From Octopus vulgaris (lineage: Eukaryota): a stretch of 64,000 nucleotides of DNA. Location: contig OX597814.1 of NCBI GenBank assembly GCA_951406725.2, positions 132,184,001-132,248,000 of the forward strand. The letters are read 5' to 3'. Position 1 is the first letter of the stretch. Every line of letters starts with the position of its first letter. The notes under the pieces were generated by a model. It searched no databases, was not told the origin of the DNA, and saw only the letters and a program-made list of their open reading frames with translations. The translations under genes were made by a program, and so were the position numbers. This document shows, piece after piece, positions 41,099-56,697 of this stretch.

Positions 41099-42179
41099 GA
41101 TACATATATATTTGTTTTGTACACCACCTGTCTTCGTTTTTTGTTTTTTTTCGTAAACTCTCCCTATATATATATATATATATATACATACACACATAGA
41201 TACACACATACACTTATACACACACGCTTACACACATACATACACACACATACACACACATATACGCACATACACATATACATACACACATGCACACACA
41301 CACACATACATACGCACATGCATGCATACATACATACATACACACACATACACACATACACGCATGCACACATACATACATACATACACACATACACGCA
41401 TGCATACATACATACATACACACACATACATACATACATACATACATACACACACACACACTTCCACATATACACACATACATACATACATACATACACA
41501 CACACATACATACATACATACACACCTACACCTACACATATACACACACACGTACTTACATACACTCATACGGACATACATACACACAGACATACACACA
41601 TACACTCACACATACATACATACACACACACATACCTACACATACACTCGCATGCACGCGCACACACATGCATGCGCGCGCGCACGCATACATGCATGCA
41701 GGCATGCCTGTGGGTTCTGGCTTTATCTCGGGTTCGCGTCTGGGCCAGTGCGTTGTGCCTGGGGTTTCTCGTGCGCCTGTCACCGCAAGAGTATTTTCCA
41801 TCATTCTTTCAGTTGCGTAGTGTGTCCTTGCATGCATATATATACACACATATAATACCCCTACATTTCGTACACACACGCACATACATACATTCACTCC
41901 CACGCACTTACACACACACACACACACACATACACTTAGTTAAGCACAGTTACTCGCCATACACACAAAAAAAACGCACACGTACACACACACATACTAC
42001 AACAAAACACACACACGAGACATATACACGCACACACACACATTCCTCCCTGTTTCTGACCTGCCTTCCTGACTCGCTAACTGCTGCTTGCCACTAGCCA
42101 CTGCCCACCATATACACACATACACACACACGCACACACTCACACACACAGCCTTGTCATCTCGCACACCTTTGTTTAC

Positions 42180-42449
42180 CACTCCTTCTTTGATTCCGCT
42201 CTCCTGTTTTTGAAAACATGCTCCTTCTTTTTACCACTTCCGCCTTTTCAGTATGTGACCTCGTGAAGACCACTTGCATTTTTTTCCCTCTGTCCTCCCA
42301 CCTCGGGATCTTTCTTTCTCCTATGTTTCCGACGAAGAGCTCCGCTCGAAACGTAATACCCTCCCTTCTTTCCTGAGCGTCCAATAATACTTTATTTGTT
42401 CCACATCCTCGCGTTGTTGTCTTTTTGTTTTCTTGTTTGGATTAACTTT
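42180..42449 (+). mobile_element. TA-anchored non-coding element with hammerhead-like motif (copy 2)
   Basis: GUUU-CCGACGA-A-GAGC-ucc-GCUC-GAAA-CG-UA at 42325-42355. Confidence 0.7.
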
Positions 42450-42458
42450 ATATATATA

Positions 42459-42954
42459 CTAGCAGTATCGCCCGGCGTTGCTCGGGTTTGTAAGGGAAAT
42501 AACTATATAAGCATTTTTAGAGAGTTACTTCCCTTATAGATGCCAATTCGGGCTTTCTTAGCCATTTTTGTTTTGGTGTCTTCGAGCCATGAAGTCGTTG
42601 TTCTAAAAGAACGCTGGTCTCCTTCACAACGCATTACGACGCTGATTTCTTTACACTCCCTTCCCCACAGCTTCACGAGGGAGGGAAGGGGGAGAAGCAA
42701 ACAGGTGCAGCTGTGAGCGTGGACGCCAACTCCGCCGCCATCGACACACGATGCATTTTATGCATTAAAATGGAATAAAAAATGATGTTAAATTATTTTT
42801 TAAATCGTAGACTCGTCGTTGACGCGCGCTAATAGTCAGACGGGCTCGATATGAATCACGACTATAAGATACCCGAATTTGGTTAAACTGCACCGCAAAA
42901 TGTGGGAGGAGTTAGGAATCTAAATCGAAGGGGACAGACACTCACACAACGAGA

Positions 42955-42965
<11 letters not shown>
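42459..42965 (-). mobile_element. Non-autonomous Helitron
   Basis: Minus-strand 3' end CCCGAGCAACGCCGGG hairpin, 8-nt spacer, then CTAG|T. 5' end TATATATAAAACTCTC. A similar end occurs at 52103-52135. Confidence 0.75.
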
Positions 42966-43028
<63 letters not shown>

Positions 43029-43219
43029 AATTGCTCTTTAACAAGAATAGTATTGATCCTGCAAGCCTATCAGAGACCGAGACAGTTTAGCAGGTCGAAA
43101 TTTCGACGTCACTGTAATAATATTCCCGTTAAAGAACAATAAATAAAAATGTACTCTACGAAAAGTACTGAGTAACCCTTCAGTGTAATCTAAAATTGTT
43201 TTTATCATAGTTTAGTGCA

Positions 43220-43430
43220 TGGTGGCGAACTGGCAGAAACTTTAGCACGCTGAACGAAATGCTTAATAGTATTTCGCACGTCGCTACGTTCTGAGTTCAA
43301 ATTCCGCCGAGGTCGACTTTGCCTGTTATTCTTTTGTCGGTTGAGAAACTAAATACCAGTGGCATTGATTGTAATCTACTAGTCCCCTGCCACAAAATTT
43401 CAGGCCTTTTACCTTTAATAGAAAGGATTA
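43220..43430 (+). mobile_element. SINE family C (other copies ~47455-47610, 60275-60430, 62462-62628)
   Basis: GGCGAACTGGCAGAA head; TTCTGAGTTCAAATTCCGCCGAGGTCGACTTTGCC body. Confidence 0.85.
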
Positions 43431-43443
43431 TAATTTCACACAC

Positions 43444-43488
<45 letters not shown>

Positions 43489-43567
43489 AAGTTGATCCAA
43501 ACAAGAAAACAAAAAGACAACAACGCAAGGATGTGGAACAAATAAAGTATTATTGGACACTCAGGAA

Positions 43568-43617
<50 letters not shown>

Positions 43618-45009
43618 TTTGCAGTATAGGTTGTGAACTCAAAAGCTTGTGTGACTATCACAAAAAAGCTCCCCTAACGGACACTGCTATCATGGCGCAT
43701 AGAATTCAATAGGGAGAAGTGTTGATGTCGCTGAAATCCAGAAGATAAGAACAATGAAATTACATCATCAGGAGTATATAAACCATGAAATTTTAGGAGG
43801 TATGAGAGATAAATATATTTATTTAACCACTTGACATCCGTAAGATTTCGAACGGTTCACTGCCTTCGTTGTGCAGTAATAATTTCAGTATATAAAATTA
43901 TGTTTATATATTTGCTTTAATATGCAAGATATGCATTATATAAGGTTATCAATTTACAAATTGATAACCTTACAAATCACTGCAAATAAAGAAAGCTAGT
44001 ACATCAGGCCGTCTCAACATCACAGCTATACCGGAATTCAACTCTAAGATAGATGCTACGCATATTAATACAAACATGTAAACATAATCCCTAGGATTCC
44101 ATTTTTATTCACAAAAGTGAAAGTGAAGATGTAAGCTCAAATATATTTACAGGATTGTATTTGTCCCTCTATACTGGGAGAACTCCATCTACTAACATCA
44201 GTACCTGGTTGTTGAATTTAAAATATTGAAAAATATATCGAAGCGTTGAAACAAACTTAAGGACATCACTAACAACAACACATCATAATTGCAATTCAGT
44301 ATACCCACTTCCTTCACAAAATAAAATGTTACATCTTCAAAAGCCCCTTTTTATTAAGAAAAGGGAAAGTAGAATTATAAGTCGAAATGTCGTTATACTG
44401 TTGTTAAAAGTTCAGAGAGATCCATGATATACACTATTCCTTTTGAAATCCATAATTTGTTGAAGCTTTTATATCTCTTCGTTGTTTCCAGAAGATAATT
44501 GTGAACAAAATTTAATGGAAACAAAATCCTTAAACTGTAATTCTCAATATACTTTTAATCGCTTGAATTCTTTTCAGTTAACATTTGATATACTTTGGCT
44601 GCAGGCCTACAAATCTACCACAAGCTTAAGAATAACAGCACTATGTATATGAATTCGGTTTAGTTTGTCTGAGGCTAGATTAATAATTTGTGCCCTTTGG
44701 ATGTAGAAAAGAGTGTACTAAAGACGATACAGTTCAAGGGAGATAATAATAATTATTTAGATACCACAGTGAAGAAAGAAACTCTTTTGGTATATATCGG
44801 AGTTGTGTTTTGTGTTAGGTTGATAAAAACTGTGTTTACCTCAGAGTACAAAATCTTGCATTGACCGATGGTTTTAAACTTTCCATGTGCCAACTAGTCA
44901 ATTTCAATTACTTACAATAGGTAGATTTTGAGATGTAAATTTGATGATTTTTTCGTGGATTTTCATTTCTATATATTAAGGGTCTACTTAAGCTAGATTA
45001 TCCCGGGCA

Positions 45010-45680
45010 CGATTTTTTTCTCACGAGAGTTCCGGACCCCAGTAAATTTGCATACAGCCAATCAGAGCTCACCTTCACATTGTCAAGTTAATAAAATTGG
45101 CAATCAAAATGGCGACCCCCGATAACCAGCACACAATTTACAGATGCATACATTTTTTTATATTTTACGTGAGTTTTTCACGGATCTAGCTAGTTATAAT
45201 ACATAGATCTATAATTTACTGCTAATAATATAATAGTACTTAGCGGAATATTTTAGTACACACACATTTTCGTGAGAATTCTTTTGGTAGCGGTGAGGGG
45301 ATCTTTTCTGTTTGGTTGCCAGTGTCAATTTTCTATTCGAACTGATTTCATATTTAGTGTAATTATACACTTTTATATGCTAATTAATGAAGTGAAAGTA
45401 ATTTTCGCTATAAATCAATAAATAAAGAATCATTCGTAATTACATTTTGAAAATTGTGTTAATATTAGTCAATTGTAATCCACAGATACATTCATGTTTT
45501 TCTCTTTTAAATTAACATAAAAATTTATTCACATGAAAGAAAATTACCGTAGACAACACGTGTGCTAGACAGAGAAGTTGCTCACTTGAAAGGACGAAAG
45601 GATGAAGGTGGTTCTGCTCTGATTGGCTATATGCAAATGAGTTAAATTCTGGGTTCGGAACTCTCGTGGGAAATGAATTT
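45010..45680. mobile_element. MITE with ~70-bp imperfect TIRs
   Basis: CACGAGAGTTCCG..TTTGCATACAGCCAATCAGAGC..CACCTTCA versus TGAAGGTG..GCTCTGATTGGCTATATGCAAA..CGGAACTCTCGTG. Confidence 0.7.
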
Positions 45681-46700
45681 CGATTCAAATCCTGTGTATG
45701 CATATTACATATGCATATTAGAATATTATTTTCATGCATAAAAGTGGTCGTGTTTCCTTTTCATTTATTGCTGCAAAACGAATGTGTATTGATATATCGA
45801 TATAACTGATGGTAAATTTTAGAAATAATTCCTCATTTAGTGTAATTACCAATATAATTGAAAGTTCTGGCAAAATGAAATTATCTTTGTTGCACCGGAC
45901 ATGAAACCAGTCGGTTCCTGACTTCAAAGTCATACACATTTCTTCAAGATAGGATGCAGTTTTTTCTTACAGATGTGTTTCCTTCGATTTTTCCATGAAA
46001 GGCATTTCTGAATGATTGTCCTTTTAAATAAGACTGTGTGTTATATCGGAAGATTAATGCTTCAATTCTTATAAAGGTTTCTTATTTGTCACTTACGAAA
46101 TTGATATATATTCTTCAATGGTTACTATAATTCGGAGACACAAGATTATGTTCCAGTAGAGTCTCAACTATGGCACAATAAAGAATATTGATTACGCAGC
46201 AAGACCAAATTCATTACAATATTTCTACTAACAAAGTGTGTTAGATAATAAGTCTCCCCCCATGACTCTCACTCAGTATTCTTTGGGAAAATTTGAGAAT
46301 GGGAACAGGTCTTCAGAGACATGGTTCATCCTATTAATTGATAGGCTTAATAGAGGTCTTCTTTTTTCCACCGAAGCTTTTAATCCATTTATTTAAAGAG
46401 AAAATGTGTGACTATTTTGAAAATCTCACCATTGTTCTTAGTATGATGTTCCTTCTATGTAAAAATAATGAAAAAAACTTTGGTCTTGATGTCTGTCGAT
46501 TTGATCGAAATTGCAAGAAATGGGCCTACAATTCCAGTCTGTTATATATTTTGAGTATTGTTATCACTAGCGATATCAAGATATAACTTTGTATTTTGTA
46601 TTTTATGTGCAGATGTACATGTAATATGTACACATATATATATACACATATATACATACACTAGCACTATGACCCAGCAACGACGGGTCATAATGCTAGT

Positions 46701-47900
46701 ATATTTATAAATATGCATGCAAATACTGGAAATTTCTAACCTTGAGTTCAATAAAGAGTTAGGGATCTTAAATCTGAACAGCATATGCACTCTTTTAGCC
46801 AAACAAAGTCTACATTTATTCGATCCATTCACATAAGGTATGGATGTCTCAATTACTTTCCATATAATCACATGCGGTGTGGTCCGTTATCTTTCAAAGT
46901 CCATATGTAGCTAGCCAACTTAGTAGATTTACTTTTGTCCCTATGTCGGAAGAAGGCTATGTGATTGGCATAGCGATTTTTAAATTCTCCTTCACATAAT
47001 CCAATATAGGTTTTCTGATCAGTAGTCTTATTATTTAGGGTTGCCTCATATTTACTTATACATCGTTGGTCAAGTGGACAGGATTCTGGGTCGCGACAGG
47101 TGCCGCTGGATTCGGGTTCTTGGTACTGACCACATGCAATTATACTCTTCCTATTGGAGCAGCAGCTTATACGATAATTTCACAGAGCGTCTATTAAATA
47201 TTTTCCTCTATCTATGAGTGGTTGGAAAATGTTTGTCTAGGAGTGACAGGAATATTTTACCCATTTATATTAAGGGAAAAGAGAGGGACGAACTAAATAT
47301 TTTTCCATGGCCTATTTTTAGGTTTCTTATTATCCTGGTTAATACTAGAGTGGTTATGGATTACTTTATCTTTGATACCACTAAATATATTATTCATATT
47401 TTGAGCATTGTTAGGTTGATTATATATTAATTTATATTTGAACCTCTATCCTTAGCAGTATTTCGTCTGTCTATATTTTCTGAGTTTAAATTCCGCTTAG
47501 GTCGACTTTGCCTTTCATCCTTTCGGTGTAGATAAATTAAATACAAGTTGCGGACTGGAGTCGATTCAATCGACTGGCCTTCTCCCTCTAAATTTCTGGC
47601 CTTCTGCCTAGAGTAGATAATAATATTGGTAACTAAACTGAGGAGGTCAGACTCAAAGGGGGGATAGATCTTTAACAATAGGAGGGCATTTCTGTGTCTT
47701 TAAATCATAACGTACTCTATACGAGGGAGTTAATCCGGAATAAAAAAATAAAGCTTTTCATCTCGTCCGTTTCACGAGATCTTTAATTTTCTCATGTAAT
47801 ATCCTGAGGTATAGTTTATCCGAAGGTGTTAGTATATTCTTAGTGGAGTAATCTATGTGGTATAAATCCTTAATAATGTGAAACTTGGTAGAATCTTTAG
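46701..47900 (-). mobile_element. Penelope-like element (Hydra-clade-like), RT largely deleted, interrupted by a SINE
   Basis: N-terminal PFESDLLSLVTNI; C-terminal CRDPESCPLD, TYIGLCEGEFKNRYANH, YIWTLK, CRLCL, LLNSRLEISSICMH. Confidence 0.85.
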
Positions 47901-48228
47901 AGTCTCTCAACAATGCAATCACGCCAATCATATGGCAGTATGAAATTGCGGCGAAAAGCTAGCGTTAGGAGTTATATAACGTACTGATCCGTGATAGAAA
48001 ATTCAACAAAAATAACACTCCATCTGGTGAGATAAAAATATTATTCATTTAAGGTCTAAAGGGGATAGCTCTTTTACCTTTTTACCTTTTACTTTTTATT
48101 TTTGACATTTTAATTTTCGTTTTTCGTTTTCCGTTGTTTACTGTCTGCGTTTTCTATATGCTACCTTCTTAGTTTTTTCGCGTTTATTCTATTATCCAAT
48201 TTGTTTAGTTCGTTATGATATGTGGTTT

Positions 48229-48281
48229 GCGCCTGAAGATTATGTTTATGTTCTTTCAACATACGAAACTATAAGTAGCAT
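48229..48281 (+). ncRNA. Type I hammerhead ribozyme motif
   Basis: GC-CUGAAGA (48233-39); stem II UAUGUU/AACAUA with a mismatched closing pair; GAAA at 48265-68; stem III ACU-aua-AGU; GUA ending 48277; then GC. Confidence 0.65.
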
Positions 48282-48449
48282 TTTGATGCATGTATTTTTA
48301 CTAAATTTCTAATTATTTTAAATTTAAAAATCTACTTTTAATAAATAAATATGTATGTATGTATTTATGTATGTATGTATGTATGTATGTATGTATGTAT
48401 GTATGTATGTATGTATGTATGTATGTATGTATGTATGTATGTATGTATG

Positions 48450-48518
<69 letters not shown>

Positions 48519-48565
48519 GTCTGTCTGTCTGTCTATCTCTCTATCTCTCTCTCTCTCTATCTGTA

Positions 48566-48645
<80 letters not shown>

Positions 48646-48647
48646 CA

Positions 48648-50373
<1,726 letters not shown>

Positions 50374-50376
50374 TTA

Positions 50377-50437
<61 letters not shown>

Positions 50438-50469
50438 ATAATGTGTGCGTATCTACCTCTGTGTGTATG

Positions 50470-50695
50470 TGACTTTCTGTTAGTGATTTTTCCTCCACCA
50501 CATCTTGACATCCGTTGTTGGTGTGTTTGCTTCCTCATAACGTAGCAATTCGGTAAAAGTGATGTTAGAATAAGTACCAGGCTTAAAAAAGAAATAACGA
50601 ACTGCGGTCGATTCGTGCTACTAAAATTCTTGAAGGCGGTGCCCCAGCATGACCGCAGATTAATGATCGAACAAAGTAAAAGATAAAAGATAACT
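50470..50695 (+). mobile_element. SINE family A-related 3' half
   Basis: GGCGGTGCCCCAGCATGACCGCAG...AAAAGATAAAAGATA tail. Confidence 0.75.
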
Positions 50696-51539
50696 GTATG
50701 TAAGAACTATATTCACAATATCGCAGAAAACATCGACGGTATTATACACCTCTTGTCACAATGCGCTTCCAACTCTCTCTTGATTGAGTCAACTTGACCC
50801 AAATTACTTAACCATATCGCCTTCCTATCCTTGTGGAAGCTTTCCAACTGACCATTTCCGATCTCTTAGATACCAATCAGAAACTGTACAGGTCTTCCTG
50901 CTTTCTGTGACCCTTACGACATGTCCGCTCGAGCGGAACTTGTGCGTTCGTTATTCTGTAACCACTACGTTCACTCTCCTTTGTTCTCGGCCTATCTCAT
51001 TTCAAATATATTCTCGTAATGATATTCCTGGTACGGAATTTTGCGACGGGGACTATCGATGTCTATTCCTCAATACACATGTAGATTATAGTAACCATAC
51101 AGAAGTACTGAGACGTTAAACAATGTTATAGATAACGTTTGCATTGCCTGTTATTTAATCTGCTCTGAAATGTCAAAAGGTCAAACTGACCTCGTTGGAA
51201 TTTGAGCCGGAACGAATACTGCAATCAATTCGTTTAGACCCCTCTTACGACACTATTAAATGTTTTACTCTAATGCATAATGAGTAAGGATGAAGACAAA
51301 TGGTATCATTATCTCATGCTTACTTAGTTCAGGTACCTTTAAATTATAATATGTTTATTTAGAAATGTATAGAAGACTATAACAATATGATACTTTTTCA
51401 ATTGAGAAATGAGAGCGCTTGGTTCTCGATGTAATAAACCTTATCAGTTGACATATAAGCTGACTTATCAAACACACAGGCTGGAGAATTACTATGCGGC
51501 ATGAATTGTAATGTGACGTATTAGTTTATAAAACTATCC

Positions 51540-51895
51540 TGAAATATCTTACAACAATTCGGAAAAGTAGGCTTCCGGTGTTATAGTATCGGCTATCGGA
51601 AAATCGGAAATATTTTTCAACTACATGACTGTTGCCAGCTGTTGTGGTAATGGGATAAAGTAACTAGAATATAATACTTATTCCTATTGAAGGCTTTAAC
51701 TGTTAAATCTACATCATGACGTCAATGACATTGTGCTTAACATTTAAGTAGAGGTATATCAATTTGAATCAGCTATTTGAAATCGAATCTTATTTTTGTT
51801 TCCCGAAACCTGCGAAGACTTTAATTAAGTAACGAAGTTTGATGAGCATAACGGGAGTGAAACTTAAGTGGTATATTATCTTTTATCTTCGACTT
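51540..51895. promoter_or_regulatory. Duplicated non-coding module, copy 1 (CRE palindrome)
   Basis: Colinear with 59495-59810; TGACGTCA at 51717-24. Confidence 0.5.
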
Positions 51896-52149
51896 GCTTC
51901 AGTCACTGGACTGCGGCCATGTTTGGGCATCACCTTTAAATGTTTAGTCGTCCCGTGGTTCTCAACTGAATTCCATAATGGGTCTTTGGGCGTCCATATG
52001 AGATTTTGTTGTTAAAACTTATGTGTAATAAATTGGCTCTATTTCTACAATACACAAATATTTCAACAATTTTAAAAATACAATTCTTACTAATAGATAA
52101 TTTCCAGCAGAGATACCCGGCGTTGCTCGGGATTAAAAGGGTATTTTTT

Positions 52150-52680
52150 TCTTTTATTGGTATCAGTCATGTGACTGCGGCCATTCTGGAATACCACCTT
52201 TAGTCGAACAAATCGACGCCAGGTTTTATTCTTTGTTAGCCTAGTACTTATTCTATCGGTGTCTTTTGAAGAACTGCTAAGTCACGGGAACGTAAACACA
52301 CTGACATCGGTTGTCAAGCAATGGTAGGGGTACAAACTGACAGACAGATACACATACACACACACACAAATATACAGATATACATGACTGTCTTCTTTCA
52401 GTTTCCATCTACCAAATTCACTCACAAGGCTTTGGTCGGCCGCAGGCTATAGTGTATTCTTTCTTTTCTTTTTTCTTTTACTTGTTTCAGTCATTTGACT
52501 GCGGCAGTGCTGGAGCACAACCTTTTAGTCGAGCAAATCACCTCCCATTACTTAGTCTTTGTAAGCCTAGTACTTATTCTATCGGTCTCTTTTGCCGAAC
52601 CGCTAGGTTACGGGGATGTAAACATACCAGCATCGGTTGTCAAGCGATGTTGGGGAGACAAACACAGACACGCAAACATA
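52150..52680 (-). mobile_element. Two adjacent SINE family A copies
   Basis: Tails begin at ~52150 and ~52470. Confidence 0.85.
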
Positions 52681-52712
52681 TATACATGTATATGTATATA
52701 TATATATATTTA

Positions 52713-52765
<53 letters not shown>

Positions 52766-52844
52766 CAATATAATAAATAAATAAAATATATGCATATATA
52801 CATACATATATGTACATATTTACATCTATATGTATATATATACA

Positions 52845-52926
<82 letters not shown>

Positions 52927-53440
52927 TACAGGACACCACAAATAAACGTAGAACACAACGAGAAACGAAAACATAAAATCAAATAAGGAAACGGACTTTT
53001 TTTAACAAAGAAAAACAGAGTACAGGACAAACAATACAAGAAAAATTCCCCTTCATCAGCTGCCCCTGGTTCGACTCAATACGAGTTTCGAAGGTAAGGG
53101 CAGAACACGACCAGCCGAAGCAGTCCTTCCTGCAAACGGAATTAAATAAAATTCTTTTGTAGAGGGGTAAAACAAGTGACAAGAACAGGATGTAAAAGCA
53201 ATACAAGTGAAGAAAAAACAGTAGAAAAAACAGTACAAATAAAGAATAACAGGACAGGGAACCAACAATAAGGGCTATTTTAGGCCTAGACGGTGGAAAA
53301 ATTAGTTAGAACGCATGTGAAAAATCGGCTTGCGAAAGACAGGGAAGTCGATGTATGCTTGTTGAAAGCACGAAGCTGAAAGAAAGTTTTTGTAGCACTC
53401 TGGTCAACGACCAGAGAGAGGAGGTATGTATATATATTTA

Positions 53441-53497
53441 TATGCCCCAGCATGGCTACAGCTCGTGAGCTGAAACTAGATAAAATAAAATAAAATG
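53441..53497 (+). mobile_element. Solo 3' tip of the CR1/L2-type LINE
   Basis: GCCCCAGCATGGCTACAGCTCGTGAGCTGAAACTAGATAAAA is nearly identical to 31949-31990. Confidence 0.85.
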
Positions 53498-53743
53498 AAA
53501 CATATGTAATAAATTTGAGGGCAGTAACATATTATTTAGAAATTTTTTACCGCCGTAGCCTAGCTTGTAGAAAAACTAGTCAATAGACTATATATTATTC
53601 ATTATATATACAGTGTACATTTAAACACATAAGACATCTAGACATAATCGGACACCTAAACCGCTAGAAGGAGTAGATAAAATCCAAACTACTATTAGGG
53701 TTAATTTCGAAAGGGAATGAAGAGTAAAACATTTACCATCTAT

Positions 53744-53816
53744 TTCCTGGACCATGGTTTCAAGCTATCTTTATGAAAAAAAGTAATTTGCTAGGCGAAG
53801 CTCTCATCAGCAGGAA
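53744..53816 (-). ncRNA. Type I hammerhead ribozyme, intact core
   Basis: Minus strand: UUCCUG-CUGAUGA-GAGCU...AGCUU-GAAA-CCAUGG-UC-CAGGAA. 6-bp stem I, 5-bp stem II, palindromic ACCAUGGU stem III; predicted cut between 53750 and 53749. Confidence 0.85.
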
Positions 53817-54049
53817 GCCAAAAGTTAACATATAAGCCCGAGGCAATACATAGCATGCCTCGTACTTACATGTTATAATTTTTCAAATACACAGCGCAAG
53901 CGCAGTTTTTTATCGGCAGCAAATAGAAAAAATGCTGATTTTCTTTCAAAATTAGCCAAAAATAAATGTTCATTCAAAATTAAGCAGAAAAAAAACTGCG
54001 CTTGCGCGGTGGATTTGAAAAATTAAGTGGGGAACGTGACTAGGGTATA

Positions 54050-54270
54050 AAATTCTGCTGCTGGAGCAAACTCTCAAACAAAGAAAGATCTACTAGATAA
54101 CCAGATCCATGCTAACCGTAGACCGTTAGTGGCTCCACTAAAAACCATCACCTAAGGAGAAACGCATAAAATGGAATAGAGAGGAGTGTAGAGTTGTGTT
54201 GAAATATTTCTATACAACCCAACTAAATCCAAGCAATAATAACTAAATCCAAGCAATAATAACCTCATAA
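54050..54270 (+). mobile_element. Possible R4/Dong-type N-terminal fragment
   Basis: RIKWNREECRVVLKYFY resembles the N-terminal motif of R4-clade ORFs. Confidence 0.4.
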
Positions 54271-54342
54271 TACAAGCTTCTTCTTCTTCTTCTTCTTCTT
54301 CTTCTTCTTCTTCTTCTTCTTCTTCTTCTTCTTCTTCTTCTT

Positions 54343-54373
<31 letters not shown>

Positions 54374-54403
54374 TTCTTATTCTTCTTCTTCTTATTCTTC
54401 CTA

Positions 54404-54487
<84 letters not shown>

Positions 54488-54490
<3 letters not shown>

Positions 54491-54791
54491 TAGTTTTATT
54501 TTTATAGCGTGCTTTCACTTCACTACCGAGCGCAGCTCTGTGTGCCTTGGGTATGTGCTGTGATTTGTTGTGATGCTCAGATGGTTATTGTATGGAAAGT
54601 GTTCTGCGTAGGATGTGTGCAGTGCCTAGTAGTGCAATTTTCTGTATGTTATATGTGTTTGTAAGTCCTGGTGTTTTTGTTATGTATTTGTCTGAAAATT
54701 TTTTTATCATGCCTAATGCACCTACTATGATAGGAATTGTTTCTGTTTTCAGATTCCACATTCTAGTTACCTCTATTTCCAGGTCTTTGTA

Positions 54792-54795
<4 letters not shown>
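54488..54795 (-). mobile_element. R4/Dong-type LINE 3' end in (TTA)n
   Basis: KYKDLEIEVTRMWNLKTETIPIIVGALG...LLGTAHILRRTL; (TTA)n on both sides. Confidence 0.9.
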
Positions 54796-54876
<81 letters not shown>

Positions 54877-54879
<3 letters not shown>

Positions 54880-56240
54880 TAGTCATAATTTAATCACATA
54901 CTTTCAGTGCACTACAGAGCGAAGCTCTGTGTGCCTTAGGCATGTGCTGTGGTTTGTTGTGAAACTCTCATTTTTACTGTATTGAAAGTGCTTTACGTAG
55001 GATGTGTGCGGTGCCTAGTAGTACTCTTTTTTGTATATTATATATACTTGTTAGTCCTGGTGTTTTTGTTATGTAGTTGCCTGAATATTTTTTTATCATA
55101 CCTAATGCACCTACTATGGTAGAAGTGTTTCTGTTCTTAGACTCCCCATTCGAGTTACCTATATTTCCCGGTCTTTGTATTTTGAAAATTTCTCCATTTC
55201 TTTCAGAGAAACGTTGTTATCTGTTAGTTTTAATACATCGATTAGAATGCATATTTTTTCTTTGATGATCTCTGACTCTATCCGACCTATTGGCCTTAAT
55301 TTTTCTAGCTGTGTGTATTGGAATATCCTAGAGTATGGTTGCTTTCTCATTTTCTGTGACCTTTTCTCGGATGTGCCTACACTATCTTTTTTTCTGTTGT
55401 TATTCCAGTGTTGGCATAAATTCCAGTGTATATAGACCCCAACCCTATCCTGTCTGCGAATATATTCCCTCTTAACCAGGACTAGACAGCCAGAGACAAT
55501 ATCATTGTTTCTTGTCCATCTCCACATATTCTGCAGTTATTTGCTGCATTTCTTTTCATTTCATGTTTTGGTAATTTCTGGTGAGAAGGCTTTGATCTTG
55601 TGCTGCAATTAAAAATCCTTCAATCTCTGCTTTGAGTCCTGAGCTTCTCAGCAATTGTTGGGATTTTGCTCTGTTAATTTTCTGCTTGGTTTAACCCAGT
55701 ATTTGCTATAAAAGGGCTTTTCTTGCCATCGTTTATCATGATCCATTGTTGTTACCAATTTTAGCTTGGATATCAGTTGCTTTACAGCTTTTGTTGTTTC
55801 TTTTTTTCTTCATAGTTGTTAAGTATTATTAATTCATTTTTGTTATTGCCAGCTTCCTTAAAAATTGAAAAGTTTTTGTTTTGTGGCTATTTGTTTTACT
55901 TTTTTTTGCTTCTGATGTAGATATTTCTGTAATTCTATGGTGGTTATTTTATAATAGTTTTCTAGATTATTAGGCCTCTACCACCTTCCATACGTTGTAT
56001 ATATAACCTTTCCATGTCAGATTTTGTGTGGCGTATCCTAAAAACCTGTCATTAGTTTTCCTGTTTTCCTGTCTGTTTTGAGTTCACTTAGAGTCAAATG
56101 AAGGATATTGTAGCTGTAACATATAACTGGGACGGCTAGAATGTTGGTACTTATTATCTTGTTTTTCGCATTGAGCTCTGTTTTCAGTATTAATCCAACT
56201 TGTCTATAGTATACTTTTATTATTTTCTCTTTCATTTGCA
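54877..56240 (-). mobile_element. Older R4/Dong-type LINE 3' half
   Basis: ILKTELNAKNKI..LAVPVI.YS, DIVSGC..EYIRRQDRV..YIHWNLC, ILIDV..KFSKYKD. Confidence 0.88.
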
Positions 56241-56697
56241 GTACCCGTCGTTGGTTGGGTAATTACTTTTACTGTTTGTCGGGAGCCATATTAAATGTAT
56301 TATATGTATAATTTACTCCTCCTGTATATGTGCATTTTTAGAAGAGAAAACTATGTAGTAATTGAAATAGAAGAAATATCAATATCATTCTTTGTTGGTT
56401 ATCCGCAAGTCTGTTTGCAATCTCTTGTGTTGTTTCTTGCTTACGATTTGATGCTTTTCAAAGACGATCAGCTGCTAGTCGTGCATGTCTTTCGGTTTCG
56501 TTTTCAGCTGCACTTTGAGCTGTCATTCCTTGCTTGCTATCTACAAGTTGTGCATTTCGTTGATGTTCGGTTTCAGATGCACGTGTGCGTGTCTCGTCGT
56601 CGTTTTCTGATGCACGTCATGCGTTTGTTTGATGTTCGTTTTGTGACGGTCTTTTTTTATGAGACATGTTTTTCATAATAAATATCAGTAAGTAATA

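Noticed and set aside
53045-53135. Minus-strand GAAACUC..GAGUC followed by CUGAUGA (possible type II hammerhead)
   Set aside because: Stem III is good but no stem I hairpin forms.
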